Below, piece by piece: positions 1 through 12,239 of a stretch of DNA of 50,024 bases (within the stretch, counting starts at the first letter, position 1; each line of letters begins with the position of its first letter). This DNA comes from Octopus bimaculoides (Eukaryota). The position numbers and the translations under genes are program-made. The notes below the pieces were generated by a model. That model was not told the DNA's origin and did not search any database. It saw only the letters and a list, made by a program, of their open reading frames with translations. The stretch lies in contig NC_068997.1 of NCBI RefSeq assembly GCF_001194135.2, positions 48,958,780 through 49,008,803 on the forward strand, in the 5' to 3' direction.

Positions 1-496
1 GCTTCTTACCACACAACCACGCCTGCACATATACATGAAAATATTACAATTAGAGAAAAGGAAATGGTAGTAATATATTTTATAGATTGAAATTTAAAAG
101 TCACTATAAAAATTATATAGATTCAGATAATTTTGTGAGTGTATATATATAATACAAATAATATATGAGTATATGAATATATACGTACATGTATGTACAT
201 ACCTACATCTACATGTATATATATAGATGCATATCTGGGTAAGGATGTTGCAAAAAGATGTGGACAAAATGATAAACAGAGTACAGAAATCACACGGGCC
301 ACATAGAGAACATTTCCTTCATATATATATATATATAGTTACATTTGCGCAGACGATAAGGAGGGGAAATAACTCTTGATGTCATTTTGTTGAAATATGA
401 ACTCGTCTGAGAATATACAATGTTTATTGAATTAGATTATATTTTATCCTTGTGTGCATGAACGGTATGTATAGCCTCACCGATACTATTTCCTTT

Positions 497-588
497 TCAT
501 CGTTGTTGCTGTTGTTGGTCGTGGCTGTTTTGGTGGTGGTGAGGATATGAATCGTGCTTCGGTTTCAACAGAACCACCTGTTGGATAC
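497..588 (-). CDS. Candidate terminal exon C (GIQQVVLLKPKHDSYPHHHQNSHDQQQQQR stop)
   Basis: First AG after the T-rich tract (gtttacag), phase 1, TGA at 497-499, AATAAA at 423-428. Confidence 0.45.
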
Positions 589-729
589 CTGTAAACACGT
601 GTCCGACATTGCACCGATTGCAATGTAAAATAAATGAATAAATAAATAAACAACTATGAATCTATAAGAAATATATATTTAAATAAAGAATAGAATGCAG
701 ATGTATGTGGACGAAGAAACAATACTTAC

Positions 730-816
730 CGTTGCTGTACAAAGGGAAATGATCAGGATGACAGTTTACAACTCCCTCGAGGCCATCACTGATTTCGTAT
801 ATTTTGAACGGAAGAT
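730..816 (-). CDS. Small exon D, downstream copy (LPFKIYEISDGLEGVVNCHPDHFPLYSN)
   Basis: ttgttgtag acceptor, G|GTAAGT donor, 87 nt, phase 1 to 1. Confidence 0.68.
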
Positions 817-1438
817 CTACAACAAATCAAGTAAAACATACATATTTATTCATACTGTTAGACACACACACACACACACATTCCGAACATACACCATCAG
901 ATTAGAATGCGCTTTTTCTTACATATGTTGCCCTTACTCATTTTTAAAGTATGCAATGCCAAAATGCTGTTCATAAATACCCTTGTTCTTCTCTACCTAT
1001 CATATAACGCATATATACAAACACAGCGCGTAACATCCCAAACGTTTGGTCATTAACTCTATGCTGACTGGTTGATGACAAGATGACCTTTCATTGGTTT
1101 GTAAACTATTTGTGGCATGACGCCAGACTATTGCTTGAAAATGCATTACTTTTTAATATCCCTAATTTATTTTATTGTGATTGAAACTTAATTTCGTCTC
1201 ACTTTTAATGTTTTTGTCTTTTCGAAACGGCCATTCGTTTTTTTCTTTTCTTTCTTTTTTTTTTTTCCTATCTAACAGACACTTTGTTTTGAAAGTCATT
1301 TTCTTCGACCAAATACTAGAAATGCATAACTAACACACATTCCGAACATACTTGAATGACATAACTTACCACCCAGCCATATTTGTAGAAGCCGAAATAG
1401 CACCCGCAGTGGAACAGCAAAAATAAACATCCACTTAC

Positions 1439-1669
1439 ACTTTACGAATTCAACGTATTGCCAATCATTTACGCTAAAGACAGTACTGGCATTAAAACTT
1501 GTATAATTAGTCGTGAGGCATGTCTGTGATTTTATGTTGTAGTTGACAGTGTTGCACCAGGAATCATTATAACAAATGGACAGACAATTTATGAACGACA
1601 AAACTCGTTCAGAGAACATCTTATGTCTTGGAAGAACCACGCCACGGATGACACTCACTGGACAACACT
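1439..1669 (-). CDS. PAN/apple-domain exon B, downstream copy
   Basis: CCP...CLSICYNDSWCNTVNYNIKSQTC. ttctacag acceptor, T|GTAAGT donor, 231 nt. Confidence 0.82.
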
Positions 1670-1817
1670 CTGTAGAAATGTAATAAAATATAATTGTTAC
1701 TAAACTAATAAGTGAAAACAATATATGGTTCAGTAAGACATTACAACAAAGCCGACAAATAGCAAAAATTTATTTAGAAACCCAATTATATCAGCAGTAA
1801 GGCAATCGAACCAATAC

Positions 1818-2158
1818 TCGGAGACCCCCTTCAGTCACGAATGACCATGGGAATGCACCTAGAAAGTTACCCTCCAAGGCACAAGTCTGGGCAAGGTTGT
1901 TTATGGAAGACCAGCAGTCGCCCATGCATACCAGCTACCCCTTCTCCATGCCACCGATGTTATCTAAGGGAAAGGCAAAGGAGCAGATACAGCTTGGCAC
2001 CAGTGACGTCGCAACTCATTTCTACAGCTGAGTGAACGGCAGCAACGTGAAATAAAGTGTCTTGCTCAAGAACACAACACGCAGCTCGGTCCGGGATTCG
2101 AACTCACAACCTCACGGTCGTAAGCTCGACGCTCTAACCACTGAGCCATGCGCCTTCA
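1818..2158 (-). mobile_element. tRNA-derived SINE
   Basis: Minus-strand head GTGAAGGCGCATGGCTCAGTGGTTAGAGCG...GTTCGAATCCCGG with A/B-box-like motifs; related fragments at 16330-16447 and 33190-33330. Confidence 0.8.
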
Positions 2159-2588
2159 CTACCAACACCCGTGGCATATAGTAACAGAACTATACTGGAC
2201 AGTCTCTTCTCCATGTGTTATATGTCAAAAGGGCGAGTAGTATATGCAGCTTCGTTGGGACATAAATCATTTGGAAACATTCGATAGAATATACCAAGTG
2301 GAGGAACGCCACACAAAAGTTATATATCTATACTAAACTGGCACTTGTAATAGTTTATCGACTAGATGAGCTATACTATACAAGAGTTTTCCCTCTCGCT
2401 AAATTTTGTCATATTGGCAACCATTAGACTACAAAAAATTCCAGTCACTTCGTGATTGTTATGATAAGCTTAAACTGGTGGAATTCCGCGTATTTTGCGA
2501 CAAAAGAGTATAGATGATCGCTTATAATGATGACATGATAACGATGGTGATCGGAGTTTTGAAAATTTGGAGTATTGTATGTCAAGTT

Positions 2589-2958
2589 GTGGAGGCGCAA
2601 TGGCCCAGTGGTTAGGGCATCGAACTCGCGGTCATAGGATCGCGGTTTCGATTCCCAGACCGGGCGCTGTGAGTGTTTATTGAGCGAAAGCACCTAAAGC
2701 TCCACGAGGCTCCGGCAGGGGATGGTGGCGAACTCTGATGTACTCTTTCACCACAACTTTCTCTCACTCTTACTTCCTGTAATTCAAAGGGTCAGCCTTG
2801 TCACACTGTGTCACGCTGAATATCCCCTAGAACTTCGTTAAGGGTACACGTGTCTGTGGAGTGCTCAACCACTTGCACGTTAATTTCACGAGCAGGCTGT
2901 TCCGTTGATCGGATCGACTGGAACCCTCGACGTCGTAAGCGACGGAGTGCCAACAACA
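2589..2958 (+). mobile_element. tRNA-derived SINE family 1, full length
   Basis: Head GGAGGCGCAATGGCCCAGTGGTTAGGG...TTCGATTCCC, (CAA)n tail, flanks atgtcaagtt/atgtcaaatt; closely similar to the copies at 14175 and 22521. Confidence 0.9.
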
Positions 2959-3410
2959 TGTCAAATTAACCATATACAAAAGTCATTATTGGAGAAAAGA
3001 GGAACTTGAAGAATTCATAGATGGTACTTTTATTGAGGTAGCGATATGTAAGAAAACCCGATGCGCACGCACTACACGCCTGTATTCTAGCCGTGCCATC
3101 CGGGAACTGATGTGGCATACCGATGCGAAAGCTTTCGCGTATGCGCAGGAAGGGTGACGTCATCTCTTGCACCTACAATTTTCCCCACGCGACATTAATC
3201 TTGGCGGTAAAAAAAATAAAGTTGGATTCATGGTGAACGCGACTCATATAGTCTTGCACGTGAATATACACGCGCTTTTATCGTCCAGAACCGTCCCCAT
3301 TTATTTGCCAACGTCGCTGTCAGTAGTAGTAGTAGTAGTAGTTAGTAGTAGTAGTAGTAGTAGTAGTAAGAAGAAGAAGAAGAAGAAGAAGAGGAGGACG
3401 AGATATTCAC

Positions 3411-3671
3411 TGTTCTTTGGTTGTACTCTCCGTTGATAGAAGACAAAGTTTGAGTGACTGCGCAATTGGTTTTGACGTGTGTTGAATTCGTAAAGCTTAC
3501 ACTTAGATTTCACTGTGTTGTGTACAAAGGATCTACACTTCTTTGATTTATAACACATCTCTGCACATTGTTCAACGGAATCGCAGAGCATGTCTCTCAT
3601 ACTCCGTTCGGACATGTAAGCGTTATGGACTACCATAAATTCATGGCGGAAACTTCTGTTATTCATTGTGT
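3411..3671 (-). CDS. PAN/apple-domain exon A, downstream copy
   Basis: SVEQCAEMCYKSKKCRSFVHNTVKSKCKLY. tttaacag acceptor, A|GTGAAT donor, 261 nt, same length and phase as 6444-6704. Confidence 0.82.
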
Positions 3672-4462
3672 CTGTTAAATAAGAGAAATATAAAAAAATT
3701 AAATTAAATAATTTTAAAACATAACTAGAAATTCAGTTAAAATACAAAATGAAAATAAAATAATAATTTGCCTCATTCTAATTTGATAAACTTCAAATTC
3801 GATAATTTGATAAACTAATTTGTTAAACTTCAAATCGTTCATAAAACGTTTTAGCTTTCATTTCCATCAGGGAATCTAACATTCTATATACAAAAGGACA
3901 AAAGGACATAGATACAATATAACAACTTTATTTTTATATATGTTTGACCTAGGTGCTATATGATAGTACTTTCCCTGTTTCATTATAAACTGGTCTGCAG
4001 ACCAATTTTATATTTGATGTAATGTTTACATTGCTCAATTAAATGGAGTCGCATGAAACGATCGTACTGCATTACCTTTAGATATACTTGTTGCTTATTT
4101 TGATTTTAATCACCTTATTTTGAAACTGTATGGATAATACCATACTAAATTCCGGTGCCTAAACTTAAGTACCATATTCACCTGAATCTATCTATCTATC
4201 TATATATATATATATATATAAAGAACGAAACACAAAAATGTAATAGGGACAGATACAGAATGACTCGGTAGTGGTGGCCGTGGTAGTCATGGTGGTGTTG
4301 AACTACAAGCTGGATACTTGTAAACACCTCTCCGATTTTTCATCGATTGCAATGTAAAATAAATAAATAAATAAATAAATAAATATGCAACTATGTAACT
4401 TATTACAGATACATATAAAAAAGATAATATGCAAGTGTTAGTGAAAACGAAACAATATTTAC

Positions 4463-4552
4463 CGCGCAGGTTGTACATAGCGAAATAATCAGAATGACAG
4501 TTAATAATATTTGGAAGGCCACCACTGTCTTGATGTATAACGAGCGGAAGAT
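4463..4552 (-). CDS. Small exon D, upstream copy (LPLVIHQDSGGLPNIINCHSDYFAMYNLR)
   Basis: ttcttgtag acceptor, G|GTAAAT donor, 90 nt, phase 1 to 1; homologous to 730-816. Confidence 0.65.
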
Positions 4553-4611
4553 CTACAAGAAATCAATAAAAGGTATATTTATTCATATCGTTACCCTCGT
4601 ATATGTGTAAT

Positions 4612-4643
<32 letters not shown>

Positions 4644-5114
4644 CTATAAAATATAGACGCATTCTCTTATATATGTTCCCCTTATAGTTTTTTCAAGTAT
4701 GCATTGCAGAAAACACAGCTCACAAATGCTCTTGTTTTCCTCAACCTGTCATATAACGCTTATACACACAGAGCGCGTGACCTCCTCAACGTGTGGTCAT
4801 TAACTCTACACTGATTGGTTGATTACAAGGTGAACCTTTATTGGCTTGTGAACTATTTGCGGTATGACCTCAAATTATTTCCTTGAAAATACGACATTGC
4901 TTTTTAGTACCCCTAATTTAAACCATTCAATTTGAAATTTATTTTCGTCTCACTTTTAATGTTTTTGTATTTTCGTTACAGCCATTTAATTTTTCAATCC
5001 AATAGATTGCAGTTATTTTGAAGATACATACCTAAATAACAGCCAAATCTATAGAAACCAAAACAACACACATAGTATATCACGGAGGAACAACTAAAAT
5101 AAATGTCCACTTAC

Positions 5115-5345
5115 GCTTAGTGAATTCCATGTATTGCCAATTATCATCGGTAAGTCTAACTGAGGCATTATAACTGGTATAATTACTCATTGCGCATGTG
5201 TTATTCGATCTGTTGAAGCTGACAGTTTTGCACCAGGAATCCTGATAACAAGTAGACACACAAGTTTCGAACGATAAAAATCGTTCAGAAAATCTCTTAT
5301 CTTTTGAAAGACCTGCGCCATTCATCAAACTTATTGGACAACACT
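5115..5345 (-). CDS. PAN/apple-domain exon B, upstream copy
   Basis: CCP...CVSTCYQDSWCKTVSFNRSNNTC. ttctacag acceptor, C|GTAAGT donor, 231 nt, phase 1 to 1. Confidence 0.8.
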
Positions 5346-6443
5346 CTGTAGAAATGTGATAAAATATATAATTATCAATAAACTAATAAGTGAAAAACAA
5401 TATTGTTCAGTAAGATATTATAACAAGGCCAACATATAGCTAAAATTTATTAGAAACTCGTTCATATCACCAGCTCTTTCAACATGTCTGACTCACCCCT
5501 CTATCTCTTAACGTAGGATATTTGCTATCCCATTGCTATTTTACTTAGTTTATTTATCTAGTTTAAGATTAGAATCACAAACGTTATTCTTTTATTCGTT
5601 TATTTGTTTCAGTCATTTTGGCTGCGGCCATGTTGGAGCACCACCTTTAAAGGGTTTTAGCCGAAGAAATCCACACCAGAACTTGTTCTTTGTAAGCCCA
5701 GTACTTATTCTATCGGACTCCTTTGCCGAACTCTTAAGTTACGGGGACATAAACACACCAGCATCGGTTGTCAAGCGATGGTGAGAGGACACACACACAC
5801 ACACACACACACACACTATTTGTTTTTCTTCCTCTCAACGAGCTCTACTATGCAAGTGTTTTCCCTCTCGCTATATTTTGTCGTACTGTCAGCCTTTTTT
5901 CTACTAAGAATTTCTGTTACTTCATGATTGTTTTACTTTTTACCAGTTACAAAATTGAAAAACTGATGATGCCATTCTATCAACATAAGAACGCAGGATT
6001 CCATTGTTCATGTTTTGAATTCCTGTGCTTCTGTAGTTGTATTCATTTTACATTTTGAACTTGAAAAAGACAGACGATCTGTCGAAATATCGTTCAAACC
6101 ATTGAATATATAATCTATTACAAACTGCATCGAGCTCTTCTTATTGTCTATGACAGAATCGTTAGCACGCTAGGCGAAATGCTTGGCGGTATTTCGCCCG
6201 TCGCTACGTTCTAAGTTCAAATTCCGTCGAGGTCGACTTTGCCTTTCATCCTTTCGGGGTCGTTTAAGTAAGTACCAGTAACGCACTGGAGTCGATGTAA
6301 TCGACCTAATCCCTTTCCCCAAATTTGAGGCCTTGTGCTTCCAATAAAAAGGATTATTATTATTATTAATATTATTATTATTATTATTAGTAGTAGTAGT
6401 AGTAGTAGTAGTAGTTGGAGGAGGGGGTGAAGAGGATATTTAC

Positions 6444-6704
6444 GGTTTGTATGTTCTCTCAGGTGATATAAATCAATGTTTGATTCAGTCGCGTTACTTT
6501 GTTGATGTTTGCTGATTCCGTAAAAGTCACATTCAGATTTTGTGTTGTAGAATTGAAAAGTTGCACACGTATCTGATTTGTAACATTTCTCTGCGCATTC
6601 TTCAACAGAACCGTTAGATATCTCGAGCATATTCGCTGCATCAATTACAGCGGCACTGATTTTAATAAATTCGTTCTTGTATATTCTTCCTTCAACCGTT
6701 GTAT
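6444..6704 (-). CDS. PAN/apple-domain exon A, upstream copy
   Basis: SVEECAEKCYKSDTCATFQF...CDFY fits C-x3-C-x5-C-x-x-F...C. 261 nt, phase 1 to 1; NAGNAG acceptor (6707 or 6704). Confidence 0.8.
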
Positions 6705-7369
6705 CTGCTGTATATGAAATAAAAATAAAAAAACAAAACAAATTAACATAATTTTAAAACATAAGAAGAAATTCGGTTAAAATACAAATTGAAAATAAGA
6801 CTACGATTTGCCTTACTAGTTTGAGAAAAGTTTGGTTCTTTTTATTTAAACATTTAACTTGGAAGCATACAGAAAATGCTTTGTATTTCATTTCCACCAG
6901 GGAACTTTAAATTCTATTATTCTTTAGACAACAATTAATATTGTTGTTATTTTAAGTTATGCAGCGAAAGATCTTCGTTCAGCAGGCCGATAATCAAAGT
7001 TGTTCCAACCTTGACTATTCCAAGTAGTGTACAGCAAACGCTAGGAAGTTTATCTGTAAATGGTGTACAAACCTCCATATATTGGTCTCCAGGTGCTGTA
7101 AATTAGCAATGCATTCGTGTCCCCGCAAACATCAGCACACTTGATTTCCCATGGTATACAAACATCAGAACGTTTTTCCTACCCTTGTTTTACAAGCATA
7201 AGTACTGTTCTCTCTCCATGGTATACAGATGTCTACATATCATTCTTCACAGGTAATTTATTTATCAACCGTGGTCAGTTTAAAAGTTAAAGATAAACAA
7301 GCGGGATTCGAACTCAGGAATCTGAATAAAAGCAGCAAGGCATTTCGTCCGCTGCATTTCCCCCTATAA

Positions 7370-7640
7370 ATTTTGCACTTGTAAAATCAGTAAGAGGTGT
7401 ATGGAAGCCAAGAATAGATGTAAATATATGAAATTATAGAGGTAAGGCATTCCAGAGTGGGGCCAGGTGATATGAATGTCCTCAATGAAGGAAAAGCAGT
7501 TGGACATTTCCCAGTAGATGGAAGTACTTGGAGAGCAGCAGGAACAAAACATGCATTTAGTGGACCAGGTAGAGAGAGAGAGAGAGAGAGACAAAAGGTG
7601 TGATTCAGGGTGACAGCTTGAGGTATTCATAAAATAGGGA
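7370..7640 (-). mobile_element. Possible CR1/L2-like LINE 3' remnant
   Basis: SNCFSF...WPHSGMP resembles the CR1 terminal SxFxRTxxLWNxLP motif; weak. Confidence 0.3.
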
Positions 7641-7879
7641 GAGGAGTGACAATAAACTTAGTACCTATGTACTTGTAGATACCATCCTTCAGAGTTTGAG
7701 CAGAGATTGAGACCAGGACAGCATATTTAGGATACAAATAAGACCGTGGGTTATGTATCAAACTATCAGCACTAGAAAGTTTGCTTGACTGGAATTAAAG
7801 TCTCCTTTACTCTGCGACGGTCGTTAGAATCTCTAAGCTGAAACCAAGTACATTTATAAATGTGTTAACATCAAGTAAT

Positions 7880-8300
7880 TGCAGAAGCAATGTGTCATCT
7901 CCAAATCCTTGGTGGTACTCTTCATGTTCTGCCATGAATGCTTTTGTGACCATTTTGGAACAAGGGGGGTTCATGGATTTCTGAATACATATATAAATGG
8001 AGGCATAACGTCACCACCACTAGTGATCACTTCAGACACAATAATATTGAATGGATGTTTGATTTTTATCACTCTCAGTTTTGGAGACACAGCAAACCGA
8101 CGGTTGTTCAGTGTGTTCACCATCTGTTCGTATTGGAGCTTCTGGCGCGAATGCCAAATAGTGCAGCATGTCGTTTCTAAATTTCTAGCAGAGTAAATTG
8201 CGTCATGGTGCTGTTTTTCTCACAGATGGTGCCCAACTGACTCTACTATACTGTGTAGTCGACAAAATTAAAAACAAACAATGAGCTTGCGAGAAATTAA
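7880..8300 (-). mobile_element. Heavily degraded Tc1/mariner-superfamily (maT-like) transposase remnant
   Basis: KHPFNIIVSEVITSGGDVMPPF at about 7992-8066 resembles the recalled motif KxPxxVMVxGVISSEGxVMPP. Confidence 0.4.
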
Positions 8301-8852
8301 ACATATGAAATGGCGACAATTTACCAATAGCACCGAGTATACACATACATACATGCACACAAAGTTTTCTAATATTTATAATTTTTTTTATAGTAATACG
8401 AACTCCGCTTCTTAAGTCCAGAGAGATTTTCTACACTTTCCACCAGACGACTTCAGATAACCTCAACTACATTTGTTTAAAAATAAATGTTCCAAGGAAA
8501 CTATATTTTCTCTAAAATGAATATGCACACACACACAAATTTATATACACACACATGCATATGCATACACACACATTTATATACACACTCATACATATGT
8601 ACACACGTATTTAACTAACTGCGTAACTATTTACAGATGGAATAAGAAGATAAAGAATGTTTATACATATATTTTACTTACCTTGTGCAAGATATGTCAA
8701 GGAGAGATATAACGCTGAAATTAGAAAAAAAATAATAAGTTACGGTGCCATTCTCATGCGTTTTTATATTGAAATAGATGAAGGAAGTCAGCACCGACAA
8801 CCTTTTGTTTTATGTGTAAAAGTTTATTTGGTGGGTGAAAATAATGATGATG

Positions 8853-8897
<45 letters not shown>

Positions 8898-8937
8898 TAT
8901 ATATATAACATACAGAAAATTGCACTACTGGGCACTG

Positions 8938-9370
8938 NNNNNNNNNNNNNNNNNNNNNNNNNNNNNNNNNNNNNNNNNNNNNNNNNNNNNNNNNNNNNNN
9001 NNNNNNNNNNNNNNNNNNNNNNNNNNNNNNNNNNNNNNNNNNNNNNNNNNNNNNNNNNNNNNNNNNNNNNNNNNNNNNNNNNNNNNNNNNNNNNNNNNNN
9101 NNNNNNNNNNNNNNNNNNNNNNNNNNNNNNNNNNNNNNNNNNNNNNNNNNNNNNNNNNNNNNNNNNNNNNNNNNNNNNNNNNNNNNNNNNNNNNNNNNNN
9201 NNNNNNNNNNNNNNNNNNNNNNNNNNNNNNNNNNNNNNNNNNNNNNNNNNNNNNNNNNNNNNNNNNNNNNNNNNNNNNNNNNNNNNNNNNNNNNNNNNNN
9301 NNNNNNNNNNNNNNNNNNNNNNNNNNNNNNNNNNNNNNNNNNNNNNNNNNNNNNNNNNNNNNNNNNNNNN
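8938..9370. other. Assembly gap (others at 10850-11657, 12702-12711 and 42476-42528)
   Basis: N runs. Confidence 1.
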
Positions 9371-9879
9371 ATCGACCCCAGTGCGTAACTGGCACTTATT
9401 TAATCGACCTCAAAAGGATGAAAGGTAAAGTCGACCTTGGCGGAATTTGAACTCAGAACGTAATGGCAGACGAAATACCGCTAAGCATTTCGCCCGGCGT
9501 GCTACCGATTCTGCCAGCTCGCCGCCTTTCATAAATGATAATGTTCATAATAATAATAATAATAATAGCAACAACAACAACAACAATGATACTTATTTAT
9601 CTGTTCTAAATATTTGAACAGATGGATAGAGGAAATAAGCATAAAACCCAATTCAGTATTGCTCCAGAAAACAGTGTTATTAGGGACAGCTAGGATATTT
9701 AGAAGTGTTCTTGGCATCAAAGGTTACTTGTAGCCCAATTATTTTTTCTTTTCCGACAGTCTGATCTGTTGTGTGTATATAAATAATAATAATGAGATGA
9801 GGTATTTTGCACAAGAATACAACGCGCCACCTAGTCTAGGAATTGAAATCACGATGTTGTGACCGTGAGTAAAACACCC

Positions 9880-10655
9880 CAACCAGAAGACTGGACCAAT
9901 TATCCCTAGATGTAAGCTTTTAGCACCTGTAGAGTATAAATCAAGACATGAGAGAGTTGGCCAATATCTCCATTGGGTAATGTGTCGGCATTATAAAATC
10001 AAAACTGCTGACAAATGTTACAAGCACCACCCTGAGGCTGTAACAGATGGAGGAAATGTAATGATACTTTCGGACTTTCCAGTATGTACAGACCGGACCA
10101 TCAAAGCAAATAAACCAGACATTGTTGAGAAATACCGAACAATAAAGTCTGTTTATTGATTGACATGAGCATACCCTGTGACCATAATATTTCGTCAAAA
10201 GAATTTGGGAAGCTCAGAAATTATAAAGATTTGCTAATCGAAATCGAAAAGATGTGGCATCTGAAGACAGTTACAATACTAGTGATGGTAGGAGCACTTT
10301 GAATAATCAAAAAAGGAACTGAAAATTATTTTTAAATGATCCCATCCCTAGCTTACCATTCATGCAGGAAGTGCAAAAGATGGTCTTGAATGGTACCTCA
10401 CACGTACTGAGAAGAGCATTGTCACTGTGAATTTTTCTTTTTAACCCTATATTTTGTGCACTTATTAATTTTTTGAAATTTTCTCTTTTTTCTGTCTTTC
10501 TTCCCCCTTTTCACATGATTTGGTAAATGAACAATATGATGTGCTTATTTTAATGGCCTACCAATGTATACAGTGAGTTTCTCTGCCCTATGTGTCAGGT
10601 AGACACTCGGCGAAAAAAGGAAACAGAATTGAAAGAAGATAAGGAAAATAATAAC

Positions 10656-10699
<44 letters not shown>

Positions 10700-10700
10700 T
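9880..10700 (+). mobile_element. R4/Dong-like non-LTR retrotransposon 3' fragment (restriction-like endonuclease), degraded
   Basis: Translates as RHERVGQYLHWVMCRHY...KPDIV...IDMSIPCDHNI...KDLLIEIEKMWHLK...QKMVLNGTSHVLRRAL, then a 3' UTR and (AAT)n. Confidence 0.75.
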
Positions 10701-10705
10701 AATAA

Positions 10706-12171
10706 TAGAAATGGAGAAAATTTCAAAATACAAAGACCTGGAAATATAGGTAACTCGAATGTGGAATCTAAAAACAGAAACAATTCCTATCATAGTAGGT
10801 GCCTTAGGTATAATAAAAAAATATTCAGACAAATACATAACAATAATAANNNNNNNNNNNNNNNNNNNNNNNNNNNNNNNNNNNNNNNNNNNNNNNNNNN
10901 NNNNNNNNNNNNNNNNNNNNNNNNNNNNNNNNNNNNNNNNNNNNNNNNNNNNNNNNNNNNNNNNNNNNNNNNNNNNNNNNNNNNNNNNNNNNNNNNNNNN
11001 NNNNNNNNNNNNNNNNNNNNNNNNNNNNNNNNNNNNNNNNNNNNNNNNNNNNNNNNNNNNNNNNNNNNNNNNNNNNNNNNNNNNNNNNNNNNNNNNNNNN
11101 NNNNNNNNNNNNNNNNNNNNNNNNNNNNNNNNNNNNNNNNNNNNNNNNNNNNNNNNNNNNNNNNNNNNNNNNNNNNNNNNNNNNNNNNNNNNNNNNNNNN
11201 NNNNNNNNNNNNNNNNNNNNNNNNNNNNNNNNNNNNNNNNNNNNNNNNNNNNNNNNNNNNNNNNNNNNNNNNNNNNNNNNNNNNNNNNNNNNNNNNNNNN
11301 NNNNNNNNNNNNNNNNNNNNNNNNNNNNNNNNNNNNNNNNNNNNNNNNNNNNNNNNNNNNNNNNNNNNNNNNNNNNNNNNNNNNNNNNNNNNNNNNNNNN
11401 NNNNNNNNNNNNNNNNNNNNNNNNNNNNNNNNNNNNNNNNNNNNNNNNNNNNNNNNNNNNNNNNNNNNNNNNNNNNNNNNNNNNNNNNNNNNNNNNNNNN
11501 NNNNNNNNNNNNNNNNNNNNNNNNNNNNNNNNNNNNNNNNNNNNNNNNNNNNNNNNNNNNNNNNNNNNNNNNNNNNNNNNNNNNNNNNNNNNNNNNNNNN
11601 NNNNNNNNNNNNNNNNNNNNNNNNNNNNNNNNNNNNNNNNNNNNNNNNNNNNNNNNNATTTCAAAATACAAAGACCTGGAAATATAGGTAACTCGAATGT
11701 GGAATCTAAAAACAGAAACAATTCCTATCATAGTAGGTGCCTTAGGTATAATAAAAAAATATTCAGACAAATACATAACAATAATAATAAGACAAATACA
11801 TAATAATAATAATAATAATAATAAGACGGCTATTCACGATGGGTATTCTACTGTTATTCACTTTATCGACCTCGAAAGAATGAAAAGCAAAGTGGACCTC
11901 TGTGGAATTTGAACTCAAAATGTAAAGACGGATGCACAACTGATAACCATATCGTACGGAAAATACATGTCTATGTAATCTCAAATTTTAAGACAAACAC
12001 ATAATTTTCTTATGGTTTCTTAAACATTCTCTAGAACAACACTATGTACGAAACCAAATAGATGTACCCTAGGCATAACACCAACATGAGCTTCCAACTT
12101 GTTGTCTCTTGAGGTCTCTGGATGAGACTTGGGGCCAACTTGTATAAATGTAAAGCAAAAGTCAAACATAA

Positions 12172-12237
<66 letters not shown>
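10706..12237 (+). mobile_element. R4/Dong-like fragments of a second subfamily, interrupted by a gap and a SINE
   Basis: EKISKYKDLEI*VTRMWNLKTETIPIIVGALGIIKK inside (AAT)n; 3' end at 11945-12172 runs into (AAT)n. Confidence 0.7.

Positions 12238-12239
<2 letters not shown>

Noticed and set aside
1670-1721. Apparent signal peptide MFSLISLVTIIFYYIST at the start of ORF 1296-1721
   Set aside because: It is the intron's AT-rich acceptor region. The paralogous copy has the same ttctacag acceptor and an exon of identical length starting at CCP.
2040-2640. tRNA-like sequences as tRNA genes
   Set aside because: Each continues into a SINE body seen in multiple copies; they are SINE heads.
3340-3395. 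Poly-Leu/Phe hydrophobic tails on PAN ORFs suggesting transmembrane anchors (also 6350-6420)
   Set aside because: They lie after the donor sites and derive from trinucleotide microsatellites.
8835-11776. Long ORFs of 156-365 aa
   Set aside because: They consist of N runs and (AAT)n translations.
10720-11787. Identical 130-bp sequence on both sides of the 10850-11657 gap
   Set aside because: Most likely unmerged overlapping contig ends, not a real tandem duplication.
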